Assembly (NCBI RefSeq): GCF_000008665.1
Contig: NC_000917.1
Coordinates: 1,920,001 to 1,952,000, forward strand
Reading direction: 5' to 3'
From: Archaeoglobus fulgidus DSM 4304
GTDB taxonomy: Archaea > Halobacteriota > Archaeoglobi > Archaeoglobales > Archaeoglobaceae
DNA length: 32,000 bases
The notes under the pieces: model-generated
Database searches by the model: none
What the model was told of the DNA's origin: nothing
Seen by the model: the letters and a program-made list of their open reading frames with translations, nothing else
Shown here: piece after piece, positions 1 through 9,328 of the stretch
Position numbering within the stretch: position 1 is the stretch's first letter
Layout of the letters: each line of letters begins with the position of its first letter
Translations under genes and position numbers: made by a program

Positions 1-694
1 GCGGGATCGATAGGTGCAAGAGGATGGGGAACTTTTCACGCGCTACCATTCTTCCGGTTACGCCGAAAATGGCGTTCATGGTTGCAATAATTAACAGATT
101 GAAGACCCCATCGTTGAGAGCTTTAAAATAAGCTTTCTGGAACGGTAGCTCCGAGGGTTGCACTAACACTTTCGATATGATTATTAGCAAAATTACGAAC
201 AAGTGAATCCAGATCCAGAAATTGAAAAAGTTAGCTCGCAGTAAGCTCTTTTTCCTAACTCGCTCGTAAACTTGCAGCATGGCAACGAAAAAGGAGATTC
301 CGAGGAATAGGAGAGGAGAAAGGGCGAATATTAATGCGAAGAGAGATAAAAATTCTGCAATCGCTGGTGTAAACTCTCCGTAGTAGAAAATAAGAGCTCC
401 AAGAAAGGCGATGGGCATTAAGTGGATGAAGACAAGGCGCTGAAACTCGTAAATGAAGTCGGCAATATTTTGCTCCAATGCAACGTGAACTTGTCTCAGT
501 GAGTAGCCGTGCTGCTTGAGGAACCTTGAGAGGTTAAAGGCGAGTAAGATTGCAAAGATGGGCGATATGAGAAGAACCATAACAATTCTATCAGCGGTGA
601 AGTTTTCGGGCGGGACGGCGAGCAACCAGAAGAAAACAATGACTGCAAAGCACGCAGCAAATGTGAAGAGCAAAGCGAATTTTCCTTTGTTCAT
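1..694 (-). CDS. Multi-pass membrane protein, 3' end outside window; absent from the ORF track because the stop is off-window
   Basis: Reverse complement reads MNKGKFALLFTFAACFAVIVFFWLLAVPPENFTADRIVMVLLISPIFAILLAFNLSRFLKQHG... open to position 1; several hydrophobic segments. Confidence 0.8.
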   Translation of the reverse strand, partial: MNKGKFALLFTFAACFAVIVFFWLLAVPPENFTADRIVMVLLISPIFAILLAFNLSRFLKQHGYSLRQVHVALEQNIADFIYEFQRLVFIHLMPIAFLGALIFYYGEFTPAIAEFLSLFALIFALSPLLFLGISFFVAMLQVYERVRKKSLLRANFFNFWIWIHLFVILLIIISKVLVQPSELPFQKAYFKALNDGVFNLLIIATMNAIFGVTGRMVAREKFPILLHLSIP

Positions 695-751
695 GGTGTC
701 ACCATAATCCGACAGAATAAAAATCTTGCAGGTGAGGAAGAGAAAATTGGT

Positions 752-1612
752 TTACAGCATGTTGGGGGAAATTTCACCACGCTCCATAAACGAAGCGATA
801 AGCAGTCCGAGTGAGGTTAGCATGATCCAGGCTATCCAGATGATTGGATCTCTGAGGGGATTGTATTTTCCCTGTTTTATGGCTGCTTTCCTTTTCTCAG
901 AAAGCTCCCTCAGCGATTTGTATCCGAAGACCTGCAGAACCAATGCAACTGCAGCTAAACTCGCAAAGATTAGAACTGCCAGTTTAACTAAAAAAGTCGC
1001 TTGGATTCTCAACGAGCATTCGGATTTCGCCAATAGAATCGGCAAAATCGCTCCCGGACATTTTACGGAGAGGAGGGCGAGAGGAGCTATTAGAAGCAGG
1101 AAAACCAGGACTTCAAATCTCCTATTCGTGAAGAAGCTAACGAAGCCCGCAGCGATCCAGAAAAAGCCCACAAGCAGGGGGTCCCACCAAAGTTGTTCGA
1201 GTTTCTCGTAAACTATTAGACTCGAAACAGTGCAGATAAGTCCGTGGGAAAGCAAGAACTGCGGATTGCTCGGAGGAAAATTCTTCTCGAATGCTCTTAC
1301 GACGGGGTACAGAAATAAGAAGGCGAGCGGCGCGTAAAGCATTACGCCACTCAACATCACCACGAAAATAGCAATCAAATCCAAGATCTTTAAACCGATT
1401 AGCACGTAATGCGCAGTAAAGAGAATTGCTCCGTTTGCAACAATTATTGTCCAAAGAATCTCGTCAACGATTCCCCATCTGAGTTTAGCGCTTAAATCCT
1501 TTTGCCTCCTTAGTTCTTCCCCTTCAAGGATTGTGTAAAGATTTTTTATATCTGCAGCCCTGTATCCGTGCTTGATGAGCTGGTAAGAGATAAGGAGCAA
1601 AGCAATGAGCAC
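752..1612 (-). CDS. Multi-pass membrane protein, possible tandem paralog of 1..694
   Basis: 286 aa ORF, many TM segments; N-terminal LIKHGYRAADIKNLYTILEG resembles FLKQHGYSLRQVHVALEQ of the neighbour. Confidence 0.75.
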   Translation of the reverse strand: MLIALLLISYQLIKHGYRAADIKNLYTILEGEELRRQKDLSAKLRWGIVDEILWTIIVANGAILFTAHYVLIGLKILDLIAIFVVMLSGVMLYAPLAFLFLYPVVRAFEKNFPPSNPQFLLSHGLICTVSSLIVYEKLEQLWWDPLLVGFFWIAAGFVSFFTNRRFEVLVFLLLIAPLALLSVKCPGAILPILLAKSECSLRIQATFLVKLAVLIFASLAAVALVLQVFGYKSLRELSEKRKAAIKQGKYNPLRDPIIWIAWIMLTSLGLLIASFMERGEISPNML

Positions 1613-1686
1613 GAAAAGAGCTGAAATTACAATTATCGTTAGTAGTTTTTCCGAGTTTAGCTCTAAATGTCTATATACTTAGATTC

Positions 1687-2416
1687 GTGCTGGCAAGCGT
1701 TCTCATACTGGGGGCCATTGCAGTGGGCAGTGCGATACCGACGATTGCCGAGCTGAAGGTGGACAGGTCGCTCTGCAGAAAAAGTCCGATGGAGGAGTTT
1801 TACGTTTTCGAGAACGGAGAGTGGGTGAAGAAAGAGGAGCTTGCAGACTGGTGGCTCTGCATCGATGTTGACAGCATAGAGCGTTCGGACTACTACTCCG
1901 CAGCGAAGAAGGCGATTGAGCTGCAGAAGTTGGGAAGAGACTCGCCGTACTACGGTGGAGAGTGGATAGGTTGTTAAGGGAAAGTACAGCTACAGCCAGC
2001 TTTACAGGTGGAAGGATGCGATCTTTGACGAAATGAGCAGGGATGCCTTTCTTGGTAAGTATTTATCCATGGCAGGACCTGATGAAGCTAGGAACAAAGT
2101 GTTTATTGGTGTGACGAAGATAAACGGTACGATCTTGGAGAGAATCAAAGCGCTCGCCGAAAGGTTGGGAATTCCTGCCGATGCGATAATGGTCGAAAAG
2201 GCAGGAATTCTTGTCCCCGACGTTCCAGAGGGCAAGTTAAATGCGACAATCAAATTATCCAAGGTCGAGATTTCACTGCCTGAGCGTTCCAGCATTCAGC
2301 CACCTGAGAACTACACAGTCAATTCAGACCGCTGGAACAATCAAGAAACATTACTCCGACCGCTTTTCGGCGTTTTCGAGACACTTGCACGACTGATAGA
2401 CTGGCTGATAAGCTGA
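1687..2416 (+). pseudogene. Hypothetical secreted/membrane-anchored protein split by a 1-nt frame disruption near 1970-1976 (ORFs 1687..1977 and 2033..2416)
   Basis: Frame 1 ends ...SPYYGGEWIGC*; the other frame reads coherently upstream of its ATG as (V)KGKYSYSQLYRWKDAIFDEMSRDAFLGKYL. Removing one T from ggttgttaag joins them. Confidence 0.6.
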
Positions 2417-2462
2417 TGAGCCAGCATGAAACTTTATTATGCTCCGAACTAACAAGAGTTCA

Positions 2463-2978
2463 ATGGTATGGGTGTTAAAGCCAGAAACCTTAGAGGCTTT
2501 ACTGTCTCCAACAAGAGTTCGAATTCTCAAACTCCTTAGAGATAGGAACATGACCCTCAGCGAAATTTCACGAAGCCTCGACATGTCAAAATCCACCGTC
2601 AGCGAGCACATTGAGAAGCTGCTCAACGCCGGGCTTGTAGCCAAAAACAGAAGGAGCAAGTGGGTTTACGTCAGCCTCACAGAATTTGGCAGGAAAGTCG
2701 TTGACGGCGACGAGCTTTTCGTGAAAATTATCCTTTCTATCGGCGTGGCTCTTTTTGTGGGCGGAATATGCGAAATCTACCGATACCTCACCCGTCCAAA
2801 GATTACCGTAATTTTAGATAGCACCACACCACCTCAACAAACAATGGAAGAAACCACCTACTTCACCATAATCAACAACCTCTTCGGCCCTGGTCATGAT
2901 ATTTGTGGTGCATTGCTGACGTTCATCGCACTCAAAAAACACGAGCAAACCAAACTCAGCAGAAAGAGTAGCTTTTAG
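2463..2978 (+). CDS. ArsR/MarR-like winged-helix regulator with C-terminal hydrophobic segment(s)
   Basis: LLSPTRVRILKLLRDRNMTLSEISRSLDMSKSTVSEHIEKLLNAGLVAKNRRSKWVYVSLTEFG is a wHTH; followed by IILSIGVALFVGGICEIY. Start probably MVWVLKPE; the ORF track starts at 2439. Confidence 0.75.
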   Translation: MVWVLKPETLEALLSPTRVRILKLLRDRNMTLSEISRSLDMSKSTVSEHIEKLLNAGLVAKNRRSKWVYVSLTEFGRKVVDGDELFVKIILSIGVALFVGGICEIYRYLTRPKITVILDSTTPPQQTMEETTYFTIINNLFGPGHDICGALLTFIALKKHEQTKLSRKSSF

Positions 2979-3162
2979 CATGCACGGATGCGAGTTGCTT
3001 CCTGGCACTGCAAACACCTGCGGGATTTGCTGCAGCGCTTAAAGAAAGGAGTGTTTGCATTGTATTGGCGGGAGACGAATCGTACAACATAAGTAAAAAC
3101 GCCAAACCAATTTCACAATCTTTACTGAAGTGGATTCCAACCACTGCAATCTAATCGACCTC

Positions 3163-4014
3163 TCAGTATAACTTCCTCCTACGCCCATCGTGGGGGCAGA
3201 AGTGGACGGATATGTGCTTCACCTCAGGATGCTTTGCCATTATCGCCTCGGCTATCTCCACCGAGAGCTTGTCGGCCTCCTCTATCGTCATCGCCCCATC
3301 AACAGTCACGTGCAAATCGAGGTGGACGGAGTTCTCCCCAGTGTAAACGCCCACCATGTCGTGAACGCCCTTAACCCTCTCAATTTCGAGACAGGCGTCC
3401 TCAACGCTGCGATAAAAATCCTCTGAAGGGGACATTCCGATTAAAAGTCTTGCATTGTCCCTTACCAGCCTGAAGGAGTTGTAAAAGATTATAAAGGCAA
3501 TAGCAATGGTGGCGATGCCGTCAAATATCGGGTAGCCTGCCCAAACAAGTCCAACACCGACAATAGCGGCCAAAGTGGAAAGGGAGTCGTTTAGGCTCTC
3601 AACGAGAAGTGTTCTGTTAAGAATTCCTGACCTTCTGGCAGATATCAGCGCAGCAATTACGAGCAGGGCAAGAACTGCAACCTCCGCACCCAGGGCGACT
3701 TCCACATTGCTGTATCCCGAAGCCGGGTGAAGGACCTTAAGAAGACCCTCCTTCATGAGCTCGAAGAACATGAAGGTTATGAAGCCCACACCTACGGCAA
3801 GTGACGCAACATTTCTCGCCATCTCGTGGCCGAAGGGGTGCTGGTAATCCGCTTCCTTCTCAGCATACCTTTCAGAGAGAAGCAGAATTAGTATCATGGT
3901 TATATCGATTACGGAATGAAAAGCATCAGCCAGAATCGCCGTAAATCCCGACAGGAAGTAGGCGTAGAGCTTAATTCCGAGAGTCAGCAGGTAGATGAAA
4001 AGGATATCTCTCAT
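3163..4014 (-). CDS. Cation diffusion facilitator (CDF) family transporter
   Basis: N-terminal TM domain with FHSVIDIT and HPFGHEMARN, C-terminal HLDLHVTVDG...EVKHISVHFCP typical of CDF proteins. Confidence 0.9.
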   Translation of the reverse strand: MRDILFIYLLTLGIKLYAYFLSGFTAILADAFHSVIDITMILILLLSERYAEKEADYQHPFGHEMARNVASLAVGVGFITFMFFELMKEGLLKVLHPASGYSNVEVALGAEVAVLALLVIAALISARRSGILNRTLLVESLNDSLSTLAAIVGVGLVWAGYPIFDGIATIAIAFIIFYNSFRLVRDNARLLIGMSPSEDFYRSVEDACLEIERVKGVHDMVGVYTGENSVHLDLHVTVDGAMTIEEADKLSVEIAEAIMAKHPEVKHISVHFCPHDGRRRKLY

Positions 4015-5168
4015 ACCTTTTTTCTGAACTCTGCTGGCAGCTTAAGGACGCTTGCCAGTCCAACAAGGTTCTCTTTGGAAATGCTGCCGTCTGCAACATC
4101 CTTCAGAACCTCCTTCGCGTTGAAGGCTATCCCCAGTCCGGCCCTCTCAATCATAAGCCTGTCGTTCGCGCCATCTCCCACCGCAACCACATTTTCAGGA
4201 CTTATCCCCTCCTTCCTCGCAATCTCCTCTACAATCCTGGCCTTCTCACTAGCATCGATTATCCTGCCCTTAATCCTGCCCGTAAGCCTGCCGTTCTCAA
4301 TTTCAAGCTCGTTGCCGAAGGCGTAATCCAAACCAAGCTCCTCCTTAAGCCTGTCGGTGAAGTAGCTGAAGCCCCCGCTGACGACTGCGACCTTGTAGCC
4401 GGCCTCCTTCAGGCTCCTGACAAGCTCCTTTGCCCCCTCCGTTAGCTTTATTCTTGAGTAAATCCTCTCGAGCACCTCTACTGGCAGCCCTTTCAGCAGC
4501 CTCACCCTCTCCTCGAGGGCCTCTTTAAAGCCTATCTCTCCCCTCATTGCCCTCTCGGTCAGCTTCGACACCTCATCCCCAACTCCAGCCTCCTTGGCAA
4601 GCTCGTCTATGATTTCAGCCTCCACGAGCGTGGAGTCCATGTCAAAAACGATCAGCCTCTTCTCTCTGTTGAAGGTGGAGTAGGGCTGCATTACTATGTC
4701 CAGCCCAAGCCTCTCAGCCTCTCTCCTCAGCCTTTTCCTGACTTCAGCCGCATCCCTCTGCCCGAGGTCAACGAGGAACTCTATGGAGATTAGCTCCTCC
4801 CTCGCCGTCAAGCTCGTTCTCTCGATGTTGATGCCGAAATCGAGGAAAGCTCTCGTAATGTCCCTCACTATCCCAACCCTGTCCTTGCCCAGAATCGTCA
4901 CGACGTAGAGGTTTTTCTCGGCCTTCTCCCTTCTCTGGAAGGGAGTCAGGCTGACGTGAACTCCAACCTCACCCGCTGCCCTCTCCACCTCTCTTTTAAC
5001 ACATACCTCATCATCAACCTCTGCAACGATGAACATGACGAACATGCCCTGCAGGACGGTCTGCTCAATATCAACTATGTTCGCTCCGCAGTCAGCGAGT
5101 GCTTTCGAAATCGCGTGGATGATTCCCGGTTTGTCCTCTCCGTACACTGAGATGGCAACGAGCTTCAC
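4011..5168 (-). CDS. serB: Phosphoserine phosphatase with N-terminal ACT domains
   Basis: HAD motifs VFDMDSTLVEAE and VAVGDGANDRLMIERAGLGIAFNAK; ACT-like AISVYGEDKPGIIHAISKAL and VTILGKDRVGIVRDITRAF. Confidence 0.93.
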   Translation of the reverse strand: MKLVAISVYGEDKPGIIHAISKALADCGANIVDIEQTVLQGMFVMFIVAEVDDEVCVKREVERAAGEVGVHVSLTPFQRREKAEKNLYVVTILGKDRVGIVRDITRAFLDFGINIERTSLTAREELISIEFLVDLGQRDAAEVRKRLRREAERLGLDIVMQPYSTFNREKRLIVFDMDSTLVEAEIIDELAKEAGVGDEVSKLTERAMRGEIGFKEALEERVRLLKGLPVEVLERIYSRIKLTEGAKELVRSLKEAGYKVAVVSGGFSYFTDRLKEELGLDYAFGNELEIENGRLTGRIKGRIIDASEKARIVEEIARKEGISPENVVAVGDGANDRLMIERAGLGIAFNAKEVLKDVADGSISKENLVGLASVLKLPAEFRKKV

Positions 5169-5240
5169 AATCCATCTTTAACTCACCAAATTTAAAGGTG
5201 TCGTGGAGAAGGTGTTAAATATTTTCAGACTAAGTTATGG

Positions 5241-5789
5241 TTAAGTGCATAACATCTTAAACTTATCCCCCAAGAACTTCTCAATCCAGCCCTTCGCAAA
5301 TGATATCGACCCTGTTAACTTTTTGAAGGCCTTAGCAATCGTTTCTTTAAGTTCATCTACATTCAGAGGAGATGTTTCTGAAACTGCTCTTTTAACACTC
5401 TTCCAGACGTTTTCAATCGGATTCAAATCGGGAGAGTAAGGAGGAAGATAAACCAGCGAAATGCTAAGCTTCTCAGCTTCCTCTTTCACCTTTTTAGCAT
5501 GATGCGTTTTGAAATTGTCGAGAACGATTACAATCCTTTTCTTGGGATTTTCCTCTCTGATTTTCCTGAGAAAAGATATGAAGTCTTCTGACCTGTTACT
5601 CTTAAGAAACTCTATTACGCTTTTCCCGTTCAAGCTATAGAATCCTGAAACCTTAGCTTTGACGTAAGTAGCGACTCTTTTAACAGGCCTTCCAAAACTC
5701 CACAGCTTTGCTGTATTTGCATTCGCTTCGACTGCCATCTCATCGATGAATCCTATTACGTCTGATTGGCGAATTTCGGCTTCATCCAT
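5241..5789 (-). CDS. IS630-type transposase, catalytic (DDE) part (ORFB)
   Basis: GFIDEMAVEANA..., IVIVLDNFKTHHAKKV..., VYLPPYSPDLNPIENVWKSVKR. Confidence 0.92.
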   Translation of the reverse strand: MDEAEIRQSDVIGFIDEMAVEANANTAKLWSFGRPVKRVATYVKAKVSGFYSLNGKSVIEFLKSNRSEDFISFLRKIREENPKKRIVIVLDNFKTHHAKKVKEEAEKLSISLVYLPPYSPDLNPIENVWKSVKRAVSETSPLNVDELKETIAKAFKKLTGSISFAKGWIEKFLGDKFKMLCT

Positions 5790-6267
5790 GTTTTTTTAAA
5801 GAATCTTCAGCATTTTCAGGCTTTCTGTAATCCTTTTGATAGGGCTTGGCGTATTTCATGCCGAATGATTTCAGAATTCTCCTGACCTGCCACGAAGAGT
5901 AAGAAACTCCAAATTTCGCTTCAATTAGCTCCTGAACTTCTTTCGTTGTCCACGAGTCTCTTTCCTTGAGCATTTCTTTGAGTTCTTCCTTCTGATCTTT
6001 TGTAAGTTTTGAAGGTCTACCACCTCCAAATTCGGGAATTAAGCCTTCATAACCTCTGGTATTCCATCTCTTGAGCCATGTGTAGCCAGTAGCCTTTGTA
6101 ATTCCTACCAGTTCGGCAGCTTCCTCAACGCTCATTCCTCTGTAAAGGTATCTTATGAAGTAGAGTCTTTGAAGGACTCTTGTATCTTTTTCGAGCTTTT
6201 TGATCCTTTTATCGAGTTCTTCTGCTGGTAGGTGCTTTACAACTTCGTAAACTCGCTTTCTGCCCAT
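5782..6267 (-). CDS. IS630-type transposase, N-terminal HTH part (ORFA)
   Basis: AAELVGITKATGYTWLKRWNTRGYEGLIPEFGGGRPSKLTKDQ; 8-nt overlap with ORFB next to an A7 tract. Confidence 0.9.
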   Translation of the reverse strand: MGRKRVYEVVKHLPAEELDKRIKKLEKDTRVLQRLYFIRYLYRGMSVEEAAELVGITKATGYTWLKRWNTRGYEGLIPEFGGGRPSKLTKDQKEELKEMLKERDSWTTKEVQELIEAKFGVSYSSWQVRRILKSFGMKYAKPYQKDYRKPENAEDSLKKHG

Positions 6268-6475
6268 GCAACTGGTCTATTATCTATAGTATAAATAGTT
6301 TTGCTCAGGACAATAAACTGTGCGCAGAGAGGTGACGCTGCGGCTTAAAAGCGCTGAGGACGACATTTTCGTTGCAAAGTACTGATGGGAAACTTGGAGG
6401 TGCTTCCCTACACACCAGATGAGATTGTGGAAAGTGTTTTTGGGCTGACGCGAAGAAGTACTGGAAAAGGTTGCT

Positions 6476-7072
6476 TTAACCTTGCTTCTCTAAAAGCATT
6501 GCAAAAAACCTGTTTATCTCGTAAAGCGGGGCCTTCGCCCTTCCAAAAGCTCCACATCCCACAGTAGGGCTTATCAGCCCAGCACCCTTCATCTCCGCAA
6601 TCACAACTCCTCCGTCTCTTCCGTACTTCATCGAGATGTCAACTATATCCTCACCGCAGATAATGAGGTTCTTGCTTCTCTCGACCATTTCCTCAAAAAT
6701 TTTCACGAAGTCTTCCGCTCTTTCCTCGCCAATCGCCCTGAAGTACCTTTCCACGGTTGCCTTCCAGTCCCCAATTCCCCTTTCCACGTCCTCTATGAAA
6801 AACCTCACTATGTAGGGAACTTCCATGTCCTCTATTGCAAAAAACCTCATTTTCCACGATAGGGAATCGTGGAAGGAGCTTACGGGTAGTGCAAGTCTGA
6901 AATAATCGAGAGTCAAGGCCGTTTCAACGTCAAGCTCGTCTTTCGGAATTTTTCCCCTTCTAAAGTGCTTCCTCAGCAACGCTACCGCTTTTCTCGCCTC
7001 ATCATCTCCTCCGAGAAGCTGAATAATTCCTTCAAAGCTCAGTCCATAACGATTAGCGCCCCGTACGGACAT
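6476..7072 (-). CDS. Hypothetical protein (last gene of Grx-Trx-HTH operon)
   Basis: Coherent ORF; the extended start at 7162 looks spurious, likely start [22 protein letters not shown]. Confidence 0.65.
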
Positions 7073-7165
7073 GCCTTCACGCACTCGTAGCACTCCTTGC
7101 ATTTGCTTTGGTCTATTCTCACAACCTTCCCGCCCTCTCTGATTATCGCATCCGTCGGGCATACC

Positions 7166-7573
7166 CTACTGCAGGTTCCACACCCCTGACATCCGAGTAC
7201 CGCTATCATCCGTAAACTCCTCCAGAGCTTTTCTAACTCTCTCCACCAAGGCCGTTAAAACTTTCTCGACCTCCTCCACAACCTTCTCCCTCGGCGCGGG
7301 TTTATAAATAAAGTAGTAACCGCCGCCATCCAGCGGCATCTTAACTCTGTAGGCCATTCCGGCAAGGAGGAGTCTCTGAAGGGATTTGTAAACCGCACTC
7401 TCTCCCCTTCCGACGCACTCGCTTATCTCGTCAACTCTCTCCTTGCCTCGCAGCAAGGCCTCGTAAACCATCACGTCCGCGGGAGTCAGGCCGAGAACGC
7501 ACTCAAGCAGGTTTCCGCAGTTGAGGGTTGAAACCATCTCTTTGAGGGACCTCATGGGGACTTCAGGCTCCAA
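7166..7573 (-). CDS. TrmB-like winged-helix transcriptional regulator with N-terminal Cys pair
   Basis: STLNCGNLLECVLGLTPADVMVYEALLRGKERVDEISECVGRGESAVYKSLQRLLLAGMAYR; true start may be internal. Confidence 0.75.
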   Translation of the reverse strand: MEPEVPMRSLKEMVSTLNCGNLLECVLGLTPADVMVYEALLRGKERVDEISECVGRGESAVYKSLQRLLLAGMAYRVKMPLDGGGYYFIYKPAPREKVVEEVEKVLTALVERVRKALEEFTDDSGTRMSGVWNLQ

Positions 7574-7889
7574 GTGCTTTCTCTATTTCCGCCCTCACCG
7601 CACTTTCAGGCATCGCTCCAATGAATCCACCAACAACCTTGCCGTTCCTGAAGAACAGCACTGTTGGGATGCTCGCAATGCCGTATTCAAAGGCCACATC
7701 CTGGTTTTCATCGACGTTGAGCTTGTAGAACTCCACTTCGCCGTTGTACTCCTTCGAGAGCTTCTCAAGTATCGGCGAGATGTACCTGCAGGGCATGCAC
7801 CAGTCGGCGTAGAAGTCCACCACCACCAGCTTGTCGCTCTGGATTACCTCCCTAAACCTCTCACTGTTAAGACGCTCCATACTCCTCAC
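7563..7889 (-). CDS. trxA: Thioredoxin
   Basis: VVVDFYADWCMPCRYISPILEKLSKEY..., IASIPTVLFFRNGKVVGGFIGA. Confidence 0.95.
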   Translation of the reverse strand: MRSMERLNSERFREVIQSDKLVVVDFYADWCMPCRYISPILEKLSKEYNGEVEFYKLNVDENQDVAFEYGIASIPTVLFFRNGKVVGGFIGAMPESAVRAEIEKALGA

Positions 7890-8142
7890 CTCCTTTAAGC
7901 TTTCTTATCAACTGCCTAAGCTCACCCTCATCCGGAACACCGAGGATGAGGTACTTATCGTTAATTACCAACGCCGGAACTCCCCTTATTCCGAACTTGA
8001 GAGCTTCCTTCAACCCCTCATCCGTATTAACGGGAAGGTTAATGGCCAGCACACCCTCTTCCTTAGCCACCTTGCTAACCACCTTCTCCGCCTTGGGGCA
8101 GTACGGGCATGTGGGGGACGTGAACAACTTCATCATCACCAT
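7867..8142 (-). CDS. Glutaredoxin-like/thioredoxin-fold protein (CPYC)
   Basis: MMKLFTSPTCPYCPKAEKVVSKVAKEEG...FGIRGVPALVINDKYLILG. Confidence 0.9.
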   Translation of the reverse strand: MVMMKLFTSPTCPYCPKAEKVVSKVAKEEGVLAINLPVNTDEGLKEALKFGIRGVPALVINDKYLILGVPDEGELRQLIRKLKGGEEYGAS

Positions 8143-8173
8143 CTTACATCACCTCAGCATTAACTGAGACGTC

Positions 8174-8215
8174 CATATATAAATGCTTTTACCGGTTTTG
8201 ACAAAATCGGTAAAA
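8174..8215 (-). promoter_or_regulatory. Promoter (TATA-like) with overlapping/upstream 29-bp palindromic operator for the Grx/Trx operon
   Basis: Minus strand GCATTTATATATGG just downstream of TTTTACCG(A/G)TTTTG-N-CAAAA(C/T)CGGTAAAA. Confidence 0.65.
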
Positions 8216-8216
8216 A

Positions 8217-9284
8217 CTATGCGTAGATTGTTATGATATCCCCATCCTCGACGACGTGCTCCAATCCTACCCTCTGCCCGTCAAACTTCACGGATTTCCC
8301 CCAAACCTTCGCGTAGCGGAAGTTCTCCACAAAATCGCGGTGGAGCTTCCTGCATATATCCTCAACGGTTGCACCTCTCCTCAAAATCATAGGCTCGCTG
8401 AAATCCACCTTCCCACCGGGAGGTTTGAGGTAAACCCTGATGAATTCAAGCTTCCTGTAAATCTGCTCCTTCAGCAAGTCAAGATTTATCCCCTTCTCGG
8501 CTGAGACTTTGATGGCATCCGCAACATCCACATCCATCAGGTCGATTTTGTTTACGACAGTAAGGGAAGGAATGTACACCCTGTTACCCGCGAGAGCATC
8601 AATCAGCCTTTCTATCGTAATATCCTCCCTTATCACAACATCAGCACTGTGAATTTTGTACTCCTTGAGAACACTGGTTATCGTAGCTTCATCAATCGAG
8701 AGGGGAACTGTAGAGCTTATTCTCACTCCTCCTCTCTCCTTCTTCCTGATTACAACGTCCGGAGGCTTTTGATCAAGCCTTATACCGCCCTCGTAAAGCT
8801 CCCTCTTGACTATGTCGATGGTGTGGAGGTTGAATACGTCTGCTACGATGATTATTAAATCAGCAACCCTGACGGCTGAGATTACCTCCTTTCCCCTCCC
8901 TCTGCCGCTTGCAGCACCCTCGATTATTCCGGGAACGTCAATAATCTGAATCGAGGCTCCTTTGTAGTTCAAAATTCCCGGAACGGGCTTTAGAGTTGTG
9001 AAGTCGTAGTCCGCAACCTCGCTCTTCGCCCCGGTAAGCTTGTTGAGCAGCGTTGATTTTCCAACCGAGGGGTAGCCTATCAAAACCGCGGTCGCATCAC
9101 CCTCTTTTTTGAGCGAAAAAGCCTGTCTTGCCGCTTTTGCCTTCTGCTTTTCTGCCTCTTCCCTCAGCCTCGCAAGCTTGGCCTTCAGCCTTCCTATGTG
9201 GTGCTCCGTTGCCTTGTTGTAGGGTGTTCTCTTTATCTCTTCCTCAAGTTCCCTGATTTGCTGCTCTATGCTCATTGGCCCCAT
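8217..9284 (-). CDS. DRG/Obg-related GTP-binding protein
   Basis: GYPSVGKSTLLNKLTGAKSEVADYDFTTLKPVPGILNYKGASIQIIDVPG; TVVNKIDL; C-terminal TGS-like domain. Confidence 0.95.
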   Translation of the reverse strand: MGPMSIEQQIRELEEEIKRTPYNKATEHHIGRLKAKLARLREEAEKQKAKAARQAFSLKKEGDATAVLIGYPSVGKSTLLNKLTGAKSEVADYDFTTLKPVPGILNYKGASIQIIDVPGIIEGAASGRGRGKEVISAVRVADLIIIVADVFNLHTIDIVKRELYEGGIRLDQKPPDVVIRKKERGGVRISSTVPLSIDEATITSVLKEYKIHSADVVIREDITIERLIDALAGNRVYIPSLTVVNKIDLMDVDVADAIKVSAEKGINLDLLKEQIYRKLEFIRVYLKPPGGKVDFSEPMILRRGATVEDICRKLHRDFVENFRYAKVWGKSVKFDGQRVGLEHVVEDGDIITIYA

Positions 9285-9328
9285 TAAGGAAAATCGGATT
9301 AAAATCCTTTATCTGAGCAATCTTAATA

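Larger units (their letters stand above)
5222..6314 (-). mobile_element. IS630-family-like insertion sequence, about 1.08-1.09 kb (approximate ends)
   Basis: Two-ORF IS630-type transposase; TA dinucleotides flank at 5220-5221 and 6315-6316. No convincing perfect TIR seen by eye, so ends are approximate. Confidence 0.75.

Noticed and set aside
726-1454. ORFs 726..1211 (+) and 1137..1454 (-)
   Set aside because: Both overlap the convincing membrane protein ORF 752..1612 in other frames; compositions are low-quality mirror readings.
5222-6314. Perfect terminal inverted repeats for the IS
   Set aside because: Compared ttttcagactaagttatggt (left) with tttgtcctgagcaaaactat (reverse complement of right). 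Only scattered matches, so TIRs are not claimed.
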